Below, one piece after another: positions 1 through 7,607 of a stretch of DNA of 11,143 nucleotides. The stretch covers positions 1 through 11,143 of the forward strand of contig CAZHRF010000070.1 of NCBI GenBank assembly GCA_964534625.1, given 5' to 3'. Both the position numbers and the translations under genes were made by a program. How positions within the stretch are numbered: position 1 is the first letter of the stretch; each line of letters begins with the position of its first letter. A model generated the notes under the pieces. The model was not told the DNA's origin and did no database searches. It was given only the letters and a program-made list of their open reading frames with translations. This DNA comes from an uncultured archaeon. Its GTDB lineage: Archaea > Asgardarchaeota > Heimdallarchaeia > Heimdallarchaeales > Heimdallarchaeaceae.

Positions 1-1
1 C

Positions 2-76
2 AAAAACAAGTGGTTTTTAACAGGTAAAATGAAAAATATGCTACCATTGGTCTTCTCTATAAAAGCTAAAAAATAA
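2..76 (+). CDS. 3' end of an upstream gene, probably a class I SAM-dependent methyltransferase (partial)
   Basis: My translation of frame 2 is open from the window edge: KNKWFLTGKMKNMLPLVFSIKAKK, then TAA at 74-76. The W-x-L...LPLxFSxKAxK ending resembles the last strand of a common class I methyltransferase family. Only 24 codons are visible. Confidence 0.5.
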   Translation, partial: KNKWFLTGKMKNMLPLVFSIKAKK

Positions 77-211
77 TGAGTATGTGTCAGTGAACAATTT
101 TTTATGCTCAAATGATTTAACAAATAATGATTTAACTACCTTTTATTTCTATTAGTTTTTTAACAATCTTAATATAGTGTTGTAGTGATGTGAATAGTGT
201 TGTGAATAATC

Positions 212-1024
212 ATGTCCAAAAATGGAGAAGAAAAAAAAGATTTGAGTAAAGTTCAAACAAAATTTGTGGTTGATTTATGGGCAACAGGACTTCATTCAGA
301 GAAAATACGACTCTTCAAACATGAAAGAAGATCAGCTAAAGATAGACAGTGGTCAAAAGATAGTGATATTGTAGGGGTAATTACACGTGATGGCAAAGAA
401 TGGGGGCCAATTGCATATCGAAAAGATGAGTGGAAAACCAGTGATTATCTTAAAAGCAAATTAATTCTTAAAGCCTTTACCCAGAGTAATTATTGGCGTG
501 GTTCGATTCAGCTGTTAGTTGGGAGGAGTGTAATGCTCTCTCAAGTAAGTAATGAAGCCACACCTGCATTTTTATTGAATTATGACAATTCTCAATATGT
601 TACTTACTTACAAAAAGTTCCGCATAAAAACTTTTTTTCTACCCAAGGTGAAGTATGGGGCTTTGATCTTTTAATGTCTAGTGAAACTGATGAAGTTCAA
701 ACTTTTGAAATAGATGATAATCGGTTCACTCTAGGTACAGACTTTTATGTTAAAAACATTCATGATCAAATTGTTGCAAAAATAGATGGGAAAATACTAG
801 ATTTAGGCGGAAAATATGAAATAGAAATTTATGATGACAGTTTAACAAATAATAAAAGATTTTATACAACCATTGTTCTTTTCGCATCGATTATAGAGTT
901 TATAGACGACATCAAGAATCGCTTGAAAATAATTATCAGAATGCTACAAAAATCTGGAGAAAAGCTCGAATTAGATTGGAGTGAAAAAGAGCTGTATTTC
1001 AATCCAAGAAGGGCTCATGATTGA
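212..1024 (+). CDS. Hypothetical protein with a tubby C-terminal / LURP-one (scramblase-like) C-terminal region
   Basis: 270-aa ORF with GTGA just upstream of the ATG. The C-terminal half (FEIDDNRFTLGTDFYVKN...IVAKIDGKILDLGGKYEIEIYD...FYTTIVLFASIIEF) shows beta-hairpins followed by a hydrophobic helix, as in LURP-one/tubby-C barrels. The fold call is from pattern recognition only. Confidence 0.6.
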   Translation: MSKNGEEKKDLSKVQTKFVVDLWATGLHSEKIRLFKHERRSAKDRQWSKDSDIVGVITRDGKEWGPIAYRKDEWKTSDYLKSKLILKAFTQSNYWRGSIQLLVGRSVMLSQVSNEATPAFLLNYDNSQYVTYLQKVPHKNFFSTQGEVWGFDLLMSSETDEVQTFEIDDNRFTLGTDFYVKNIHDQIVAKIDGKILDLGGKYEIEIYDDSLTNNKRFYTTIVLFASIIEFIDDIKNRLKIIIRMLQKSGEKLELDWSEKELYFNPRRAHD

Positions 1025-1125
1025 TAATCTTTCCATCCTCTCTCCCTTTAGTGTTTTCTTTTTATCGTCATTGCATATAATACCATTAGTTACTTTTATT
1101 TTCTTCATAATAAGAATTGCAGACG

Positions 1126-1133
1126 TTTAAATA
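1126..1133 (+). promoter_or_regulatory. Putative archaeal TATA box for the RING gene
   Basis: TTTAAATA about 45-55 nt upstream of the candidate ATGs at 1178 and 1190. Confidence 0.35.
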
Positions 1134-1171
1134 CTATATTCTTTGAATGTTAATTAGAAAACAATTATGAG

Positions 1172-1804
1172 TTGATAATGCTTTTGGGAATGAAAAAAAT
1201 GAAGTTACTGGGTTGGTTGTTTGCCTTTCTTAGTTTGTTAACTTTTCTCAGTATTTTCGTTGTTATCTTTACTCTTAAGCATACTTTACTCATATTTATG
1301 TTAATCATGATTGCTTTGGTATTAACTGGAGGATTTTTGACTGCAGGAATGATTTTGATAGCCCTTAATACAGACACTATAGATCATGTATCAACTATAG
1401 ATACTGACTCTGAAATTCGACGAGAAACAACTATTCACGGTCTACAAATAAACAGAGACACACCAGTAAGAAATCAGTTTAGACAAGTTGAATCACTAGC
1501 TAGTAGGACATTAATCAGTAAACCACCACAACAATTAGAAGAAGAAGAAAAAGAAGGGTTCACAATAAAATGTTATACTTGCGGAGACAATTTCAATTAT
1601 ACAGAAGAATTTTGTGTGAGATGCGGATCACCAAGACCACGTTGTATAATATGCTTATTATATCTCTTACCTGATGACCCTAATATTGTTAAAACGCCTT
1701 GTTGTAACATGTATGCGCATAAGAATCATCTTCAAGAATGGTTATCAACAAGTTCAATTTGTCCACATTGCAAAGAAAGATTGACTGAAGATGATTTGAA
1801 GTAG
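1172..1804 (+). CDS. Membrane-anchored zinc-ribbon + RING-finger protein, putative E3 ubiquitin ligase (true start may be ATG 1178 or 1190)
   Basis: Two N-terminal hydrophobic helices (LLGWLFAFLSLLTFLSIFVVIF; LLIFMLIMIALVLTGGFLTAGMILIAL). Zinc ribbon CYTC-x10-CVRC. RING-like C158xxC161...C177C178-x4-H183xxH186-xxxW190...C197PHC200, including the E2-binding Trp and the CPxC motif. Confidence 0.85.
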   Translation: MIMLLGMKKMKLLGWLFAFLSLLTFLSIFVVIFTLKHTLLIFMLIMIALVLTGGFLTAGMILIALNTDTIDHVSTIDTDSEIRRETTIHGLQINRDTPVRNQFRQVESLASRTLISKPPQQLEEEEKEGFTIKCYTCGDNFNYTEEFCVRCGSPRPRCIICLLYLLPDDPNIVKTPCCNMYAHKNHLQEWLSTSSICPHCKERLTEDDLK

Positions 1805-2017
1805 TTTCAAAATCTTTGTTCCATTCTTCTTTCGTTTAATGCAATGATTAGGATTAATAGATGGTACATGCAATGATTGGAGTAACATCAACATTTGTGA
1901 ATATTAATTCTTAAACTTGAGTAATGATAAGTTTAAAAAAAAGCAACAAGTAAAGAATAATTAGTATAAATAGTTTTGTTGTCAAATAGATGCAAAACTG
2001 TAGATTTGGTGAAAAAA

Positions 2018-3028
2018 ATGGTAGAACGCAAAATAGATGAAAAAAAAGCACATTTGGTAGAAACCCTACAAGATCGCAATACATATCCACATGAGACTAA
2101 AAAAACAATAAATACAAAAGAGACCAATGTTAGTTGGGTTTTTTTGACAGGCGATTATGCATACAAAATGAAAAAAGCCATTCGTTTTGGTGATGTTCTT
2201 GACTATTCCACCTTGAGTAAAAGAAAACAAGCATGTGAAGATGAACTCACCCTTAACAAACGTTTAGCCCCCAAAATGTATCTAAATGTTGTTCCGCTTA
2301 CTGAAGATGGAAAGATTAATGGCGATGGTGAAATTATTGAATATCTAGTCAAAATGAAAGAATATCCTCAAGAACAGCTTTTAAGCAATATAGTTGAAGA
2401 AAAAGGCAAATTGAGTAATGAAGTAATCATAAAAATAGCCAAAGAAATAGCACACTTTCATCAAGAAAATGTTGCCTTTCCAAAGTTTGATTACCATGAT
2501 ACCATATATGAAAAATGGGATGAAAATTTTAGAACTACGAAAGAATATGCTAGTTTTCCATATAATAAGGATCTAGCAGGAAGAGTATATGATTTTATCA
2601 AACGTAATAAAGATTTTTGGGGAACAAGAGTAGATCATAAACGCATTGTAGATGGACATGGAGATTTACAATTAAAAAATATCTTTTTGCATGATGATAA
2701 CAGTATAACTATCTTTGATTGTATTGAATTTAATAAAATGCTGAGAATACAGGATGTACTGGAAGAAATTGCCTTTCTTGCCATGGATCTAGAATTCAAT
2801 AATCTGCATGACTTATCAACTCTTTTCGTTAGAACATACTGTGATGAAATAGATATGCAAATGAAATTAAGTAATCCATTACTTTCTTTCTATAAATGCT
2901 ATCGAGCATATGTTAGAGCTAAAGTACATTATAGTGCCTATATGCAATCAACTGATGAAGATGATTCAAGTAAAAATTTGACCTTAGCTAGAAAGTACTT
3001 GTCTTTGGCAGAACAATATCAATTTTAA
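2018..3028 (+). CDS. COG2187-type aminoglycoside-phosphotransferase-like kinase, without the usual C-terminal P-loop kinase domain
   Basis: Motifs ETNVSWVFLTGDYAYKMKK, ELTLNKRLAP, HGDLQLKNI (catalytic loop), FDCIEFN, EIAFLAMDL and YRAYVRAKV. Start moved from TTG 1976 to ATG 2018 because GGTGA (2008-2012) lies 5 nt upstream. Confidence 0.88.
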   Translation: MVERKIDEKKAHLVETLQDRNTYPHETKKTINTKETNVSWVFLTGDYAYKMKKAIRFGDVLDYSTLSKRKQACEDELTLNKRLAPKMYLNVVPLTEDGKINGDGEIIEYLVKMKEYPQEQLLSNIVEEKGKLSNEVIIKIAKEIAHFHQENVAFPKFDYHDTIYEKWDENFRTTKEYASFPYNKDLAGRVYDFIKRNKDFWGTRVDHKRIVDGHGDLQLKNIFLHDDNSITIFDCIEFNKMLRIQDVLEEIAFLAMDLEFNNLHDLSTLFVRTYCDEIDMQMKLSNPLLSFYKCYRAYVRAKVHYSAYMQSTDEDDSSKNLTLARKYLSLAEQYQF

Positions 3029-3265
3029 TAACTCCTTTCCTTCTTTTTTCTCTTATTTATTTGTATAACTCACAATTATGCTTTAGATTTGAATAACTAA
3101 ATCGAATTATAGCAGATATTCTTTGAATCTGAAGGCTCAATAATTTTTAGTTTAGAAATATAAGATAAACCTATATCCTTTTCAAATATAGTTGTCATTA
3201 ATTAATAGTTGCTATTCTTTTTTTTTAAAAAATTTTAAGAAACAGTTGAAGATTTTGGAATAAAC

Positions 3266-3273
3266 TTTATATA
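3266..3273 (+). promoter_or_regulatory. Putative TATA box, probably giving a leaderless transcript for the DUF4389-like gene
   Basis: TTTATATA preceded by an A-rich BRE-like stretch, ending about 25 nt before ATG 3298. No SD motif is evident. Confidence 0.5.
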
Positions 3274-3297
3274 TGCTAGAAATGAGTTATAAACACA

Positions 3298-3594
3298 ATG
3301 TCCAAAAAAATAAATAACTTACCTAATTATAAACAAAAGGCAAAATGCCTTGAGTTTCTATGTGTCCGAACGCTATTAATGATACCATATGTAATCTCTA
3401 TGGCTATTATAGGCTTTATTTATGGTATAATTACAATGTTTACTGGCTTCATTAATTGTTTTACTGTCGTCTGTACACAAAAACATTGGGAACCGCACTA
3501 CAACTTTGTAACGAAATTAGCAAGATGGACAGCACATATTAACATGTATCTTTCGGGAGCTACACAGGATAGACCTGCGTGTTGTTCTCCATAA
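3298..3594 (+). CDS. DUF4389-like small membrane protein (single repeat)
   Basis: R-x-LLxIP, a hydrophobic hairpin, then F-x4-RW-x5-Y-x4-T-x-D-x-P (FVTKLARWTAHINMYLSGATQDRP), matching the DUF4389 pattern as I recall it. Confidence 0.7.
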   Translation: MSKKINNLPNYKQKAKCLEFLCVRTLLMIPYVISMAIIGFIYGIITMFTGFINCFTVVCTQKHWEPHYNFVTKLARWTAHINMYLSGATQDRPACCSP

Positions 3595-3610
3595 GAGACA
3601 AAATTTGAAT

Positions 3611-3624
3611 TCTTTTTTTTTTTT
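3611..3624 (+). terminator. Oligo-T tract, putative archaeal terminator
   Basis: TC followed by T12 shortly after the stop at 3594. Similar pyrimidine tracts follow the stops at 1024, 3028, 4410 and 6389. Confidence 0.45.
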
Positions 3625-3654
3625 CATATATCGTCAATGAAGGAAGTGTTATAG

Positions 3655-4410
3655 ATAACAAATGAAATTGAAGAGGAAGAGATAATAACTCCTTATCTTT
3701 CAGAAGAAGTCGAATTAAAGAAGATAACACCATTTCATGTGATGTTTGCTATGATGAAAGTTAACGCTTGGAAAAATATAGCACACCACCCTACTTGTTC
3801 AAGATATGAAAATCATCTTTTTCGTATAGGTAAACTGAACCTTTGTGTAGGTTGTACAAGTATGTATTCTTCATGGGCTCTTTATCTTTTAGTTTTTTTT
3901 CTCCTTCCAAGTTTTTTTCAAAAAAATTACGTAATTATCAATGCATTTGTGTTTGTAGTAGCTATGGTAAGTCCGTTATTACATATAGTTATCAAACCTG
4001 AAAATAAATGGATAAAAAGTGTTTTTAGAGGTATATTAGGGATAGGTTTGGGTGCCTACAGTGGTTTGATAATCTTGGTTCCTAATTGGTGGATACGCGT
4101 GCTCATGATTGCGTTATTTGTTGTTGCAACTCGGATGTATGGACAAATACGTGGTTCACATGCAAATATAGACCTATGTGCAACTTGCCCATTGAGTAAA
4201 TCTGATCCTCCATGTGATCCTTTTGAAAATACAGCTATTAAAGTTAAAAAACTAAATGAGATAATTGATGCCGAATTAGAAAAATATGAAAGAATGAAGA
4301 AAGGAACTAGTAAAGAAGAAGAAGAAGAAGAAGAAGATCATTCTTCTAACTCCGAAAACGTTACTATTGACGAGAAAGAGATCAATATTGATGCAGAAAA
4401 ATCAGTGTAG
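3655..4410 (+). CDS. Multi-pass membrane protein with Cys/His metal-binding motifs (DUF2085-like); start uncertain (3655 ATA, 3739 GTG, or 3637 ATG with readthrough)
   Basis: AHHPTC...HLFRIGKLNLCVGC before TM1, about 4 TM helices, then CATCP...PPC and an acidic tail. The frame stays open and coding-like upstream of 3739 to 3655 (ITNEIEEEEIITPYLSEEVELKKITPFH). Confidence 0.65.
   Translation: MTNEIEEEEIITPYLSEEVELKKITPFHVMFAMMKVNAWKNIAHHPTCSRYENHLFRIGKLNLCVGCTSMYSSWALYLLVFFLLPSFFQKNYVIINAFVFVVAMVSPLLHIVIKPENKWIKSVFRGILGIGLGAYSGLIILVPNWWIRVLMIALFVVATRMYGQIRGSHANIDLCATCPLSKSDPPCDPFENTAIKVKKLNEIIDAELEKYERMKKGTSKEEEEEEEDHSSNSENVTIDEKEINIDAEKSV
4315..4335 (+). repeat. (GAA)7 trinucleotide repeat encoding poly-Glu
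   Basis: Seven GAA codons in frame in the acidic tail (SKEEEEEEED). Confidence 0.85.
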
Positions 4411-4507
4411 CAATTATACTGGTAACTTTTTCTATGTCTAACTCTTTTTTATTTTCTTTTAGCTTTTATGTATCACCAAGAAGAATAGTACTATTCTTCT
4501 TATCCTT

Positions 4508-5209
4508 CTAGTAATGTGATAAATGTCCTTGATTCATAGCCTTATTGATTGGTCGTTTAAATAAGTAAAACCCCACTATAATTAGGAAGAAATTTAGAGC
4601 CAAAATTATTGCTATTTCAATAGGAATGGGCGAGAAACCTAGTATGGATCTAGTAATAAGTTCGGGATTGTTTCCCACCATAGTTGATCTAAAAGCGTCA
4701 ATAATCCAACTAAAAGGGATCAATCTGCTTATCCATAACATCCAATCTGGAAAGACTGAGAAGGGGAAGAATACAGCTGAAAGGACCATTGTTCCAAATT
4801 GAACAAGATTATTTATTGCATTAGCATTTTTTATTTTGATCACCAAAGCGGCATAGAGGAATCCAAATCCTAGGGATTGAATAATTTCCAGTAGTAAAAT
4901 AAATAGTCCTAACCATGCGTTGTTTATGCTGATAGGAACGATAAAACTGAACCCTAGAAGAACAAAGATATTAACTAGTAGCATAAAAATAAAACCTGAA
5001 ATACCATTTGCAAAGACTACCCAGAATTTGTTGGCTTGAGTAACCCAGATAGATTCTAATGTTCCTGTTAACTGCTCAGATCTTATAAAACGACCTATTG
5101 ACCAAAGGGACATTGAAAAAAGCATAAAAGTAACCATACCCCACATTCCAAAGGCGGCATATTTGTTTGAGGGATCATCTGTAACAGCGATAAAACTCTT
5201 GAATCTTTC
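4508..5209 (-). pseudogene. ABC-2 type transporter permease, 5'-truncated (fragment or probable pseudogene)
   Basis: ABC-2 motifs RSEQLTGTLESIWVT and LSAVFFPFSVFPDWMLWISRLIPFSWIIDAFR. The frame extends upstream of ATG 5146 as ERFKSFIAVTDDPSNKYAAFG, resembling the TM1-TM2 loop, until TAA at 5210-5212 with no start codon. The first TM helix is absent and no ATPase gene is adjacent. Confidence 0.65.
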
Positions 5210-5303
5210 TTAATTCAGAAGTACTAATTGATTTTTATAAAAATTTGGGGATTCATAAAAGTATAAAAAGAAGATGACTAATAGCAATAAAAGAGATAAT
5301 ATT

Positions 5304-6389
5304 ATGTCTAAGTTGTTCACTAATTTCCGAATTTCTAATCTTAACTTAAAAAATCGTTTAATGCGCTCCGCTACTACTAGTTATTGGAGTGATCCAGACG
5401 GTGTATTAAGAAAGCCTATTTTAAATTATTATGAAAAATTGGCTAAAGGAGGGGTAGGATTAATAATTAAAGGTCATTCATACATCTCTGAGAAAGGTAA
5501 AGCTCATACAGGCCAATCTGGTCTATGCTCAGAAAAACATATTGAACAAATGAGTAAGTTAACCGATTTAGTTCATTCTTTTGATGTCCCAATTCTTGCT
5601 CAGTTAAATCATGCAGGTATGGCTTCAAAGGCTGAAAGAGTAACAGCTTCTAACTATTCTACTGAAAATTGGCAAGCAAGAGAACTTCGTAGAGAAGAAA
5701 TTGAATCGATCATAGACGACTTTTGTTCTTCGTGTGATTTGGCTTTGGACGCTGGATTTGATGGAGTACAAATTCATGCTGCACATGGGTATTTAATCAG
5801 CCAATTTTTATCGCCTAAGGTAAACAAAAGACAGGATAAATATGGTGGAAGCTTAGAAAATCGCATGAGATTACTTTTAGATGTCTATAAAGGAGTAAGA
5901 CAAACTGTAGGCAATAAATTAGTGAGTGTAAAAATTAATTGTGATGACTTTACATTAGATAATGGTTTTACCATCAATGAAAGTATCCAAGTTATTACGA
6001 AGCTGAAACAAGAAGGAATAGATTTTGTAGAGATTTCAGGCGGTGGACCGCAACAAGCCCGTGAGGTTAGAAAAAACAGGGGCAGGGCGGATATTTCTCC
6101 TCTTAATGAAGCCACATTTAGTGGTCATGCTCTTAAAATAAGAAAAGCCATTCCTGATTTTACATTAGCATTAGTTGATGGAATAAGATCTCGTAAGACA
6201 ATGGAAGCACTACTTAGTGCCGGTATTAATTTAATCTCTATGAGTAAACCATTTATTATTGAACCAGATTTTCCACAAAAACTAATCGAAGGACAAGAAA
6301 AATCTACATGTATCGATTGTAATAAATGCCTTTCAAGAGATGTATTTGGCAAGAAAATGCTCAAGTGTCAATACATTATAGATAAGTAA
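5304..6389 (+). CDS. NADH:flavin oxidoreductase / Old Yellow Enzyme family with a C-terminal Cys cluster (possible Fe-S)
   Basis: LKNRLMRSAT, AKGGVGLII, QLNHAG, GFDGVQIHAAHGYLISQFLSP, NKRQDKYGGSLENRMR and C-terminal CxxCNxC-x12-C. The family N-terminus fits ATG 5304 (MSKLF); ATG 5274 is the alternative. Confidence 0.93.
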   Translation: MSKLFTNFRISNLNLKNRLMRSATTSYWSDPDGVLRKPILNYYEKLAKGGVGLIIKGHSYISEKGKAHTGQSGLCSEKHIEQMSKLTDLVHSFDVPILAQLNHAGMASKAERVTASNYSTENWQARELRREEIESIIDDFCSSCDLALDAGFDGVQIHAAHGYLISQFLSPKVNKRQDKYGGSLENRMRLLLDVYKGVRQTVGNKLVSVKINCDDFTLDNGFTINESIQVITKLKQEGIDFVEISGGGPQQAREVRKNRGRADISPLNEATFSGHALKIRKAIPDFTLALVDGIRSRKTMEALLSAGINLISMSKPFIIEPDFPQKLIEGQEKSTCIDCNKCLSRDVFGKKMLKCQYIIDK

Positions 6390-6454
6390 CTTAATGCAAT
6401 TTTCTGTTTGCTTTATTTATCTTTTCTTCCATTCAGCATTTTTATGAAATGTAT

Positions 6455-7564
6455 TTAATTGTCTATTTTTTCTAATAATCCAGCCTCTATAGTAATACCT
6501 GGACCAAATGCTGCAGCAAAAATCTTACCTTGTTGATTGGAATCTTGGCGAATATCCTCTAAAACAAACATTATAGTTACAGAGCTCATATTACCATATT
6601 CTTGCATGATATGATATGATGATTGTAAATCTTTTGGCGTGATATCCAACGCTTCTTCTACTCGCTCTAAAATCGCCTTACCGCCCGGGTGTATGGCCCA
6701 CACATCAATATCTTTTTTTGTTATATTTGCTACAGTAAATAAAGAGTCCATGATCGAGGTAATATTGTCTTTAACTATAGTAGGAACATATTTTGATAAT
6801 TTCATTATAAAACCTGTTTGTCCAATATACCAAGCCATATCCTCTTCACTATCATTAGCAATAGATGTCATAAAATCATGAAGTATGAACTTTGCCTCAT
6901 TAAAATCTCCTTGATGAGCTGATATAATGGCAGCTGACACCCCATCTGCAAAAATGGCATTAGAGATACATTGATCAAGTGTTCTTGTTTGTTGAAAATG
7001 TATAGAACAAAGTTCAACATTAACGACTAATACTCGTGCATTGGGTTCAGAAAGGCAGATATTTCGAGCAAGTTTTAAAGCTGGAAAAGCCCCCTGACAC
7101 CCCATAAATCCTAAATGGTAGCGGTGAATGTGTGGAGAAAGATTAAACTCTCTAACAATGTAGAAATCAAGACCTGGTGCCATAAAACCCGTACAACTGA
7201 CAGTAATAATATGAGTTATTAGTTGTTGATTAAATTCAGCATTGTTGTTAAATAAATTTCTTATGGCTTTTATCGTTAATTCTTTTGCTTTATCGATGTA
7301 TAAGTTATTTCTTTGTTCTGTTGTAGGTTCGGGCTTCAAACTTTTGTTTTTTGGATAGAAGGTATGATTTTCAGGTTTCTTATCGTAATCTTCAATCACA
7401 GTATGTCTCTTTTTGATGTTTGTTCCTTTATAAACTCTATTGAGGAATAATCTGTCTTTCAATGAAGTTGCTGTTAGCTCTTTAATTTTTTTTAAAGCAA
7501 ATTTTTGAGTATAAGATTTGTCTGGTACGACTGTTTCTATTTTGTGTAAGAAGACTCGATTCAA
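6455..7564 (-). CDS. Type III polyketide synthase (chalcone/stilbene synthase superfamily)
   Basis: Complete catalytic triad Cys156 (GFMGCQG), His292 (WAIHPGG) and Asn325 (YGNMSS), plus VSCTG, VELCSIH, AIFADG and AFGPG. TTG start with GGTGAT 7 nt upstream. Confidence 0.96.
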   Translation of the reverse strand: MNRVFLHKIETVVPDKSYTQKFALKKIKELTATSLKDRLFLNRVYKGTNIKKRHTVIEDYDKKPENHTFYPKNKSLKPEPTTEQRNNLYIDKAKELTIKAIRNLFNNNAEFNQQLITHIITVSCTGFMAPGLDFYIVREFNLSPHIHRYHLGFMGCQGAFPALKLARNICLSEPNARVLVVNVELCSIHFQQTRTLDQCISNAIFADGVSAAIISAHQGDFNEAKFILHDFMTSIANDSEEDMAWYIGQTGFIMKLSKYVPTIVKDNITSIMDSLFTVANITKKDIDVWAIHPGGKAILERVEEALDITPKDLQSSYHIMQEYGNMSSVTIMFVLEDIRQDSNQQGKIFAAAFGPGITIEAGLLEKIDN

Positions 7565-7571
7565 TGATTAT

Positions 7572-7577
7572 ATCACC
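7572..7577 (-). promoter_or_regulatory. Archaeal-type Shine-Dalgarno motif (GGTGAT) for the PKS gene
   Basis: Minus strand reads aatGGTGATataatcaTTG. Confidence 0.65.
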
Positions 7578-7607
7578 ATTTTTATATTATTCCATTCATT
7601 TTCTTTC

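Noticed and set aside
1165-1377. 70-aa minus-strand ORF
   Set aside because: Antisense shadow of the RING gene's TM region, with no motif.
1933-2127. 64-aa minus-strand ORF
   Set aside because: Overlaps the kinase 5' end. Its hydrophobicity reflects the A-rich plus strand.
3097-3198. 33-codon minus-strand ORF (MTTIFEKDIGLSYISKLKIIEPSDSKNICYNSI) in the intergenic gap
   Set aside because: Short, with no SD and no recognisable motif. It cannot be told apart from chance without homology or ribosome data.
5885-6364. Two minus-strand ORFs (76 and 79 aa)
   Set aside because: Entirely antisense to the well-supported OYE gene.
6639-6881. 80-aa plus-strand ORF
   Set aside because: Antisense within the type III PKS.
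6455-7564. Alternative call as FabH or HMG-CoA synthase
   Set aside because: The MGC, HPGG, GNMSS and FGPG motifs plus VELCS and FADG fit a type III PKS. FabH has HQAN, and HMG-CoA synthase motifs are absent.
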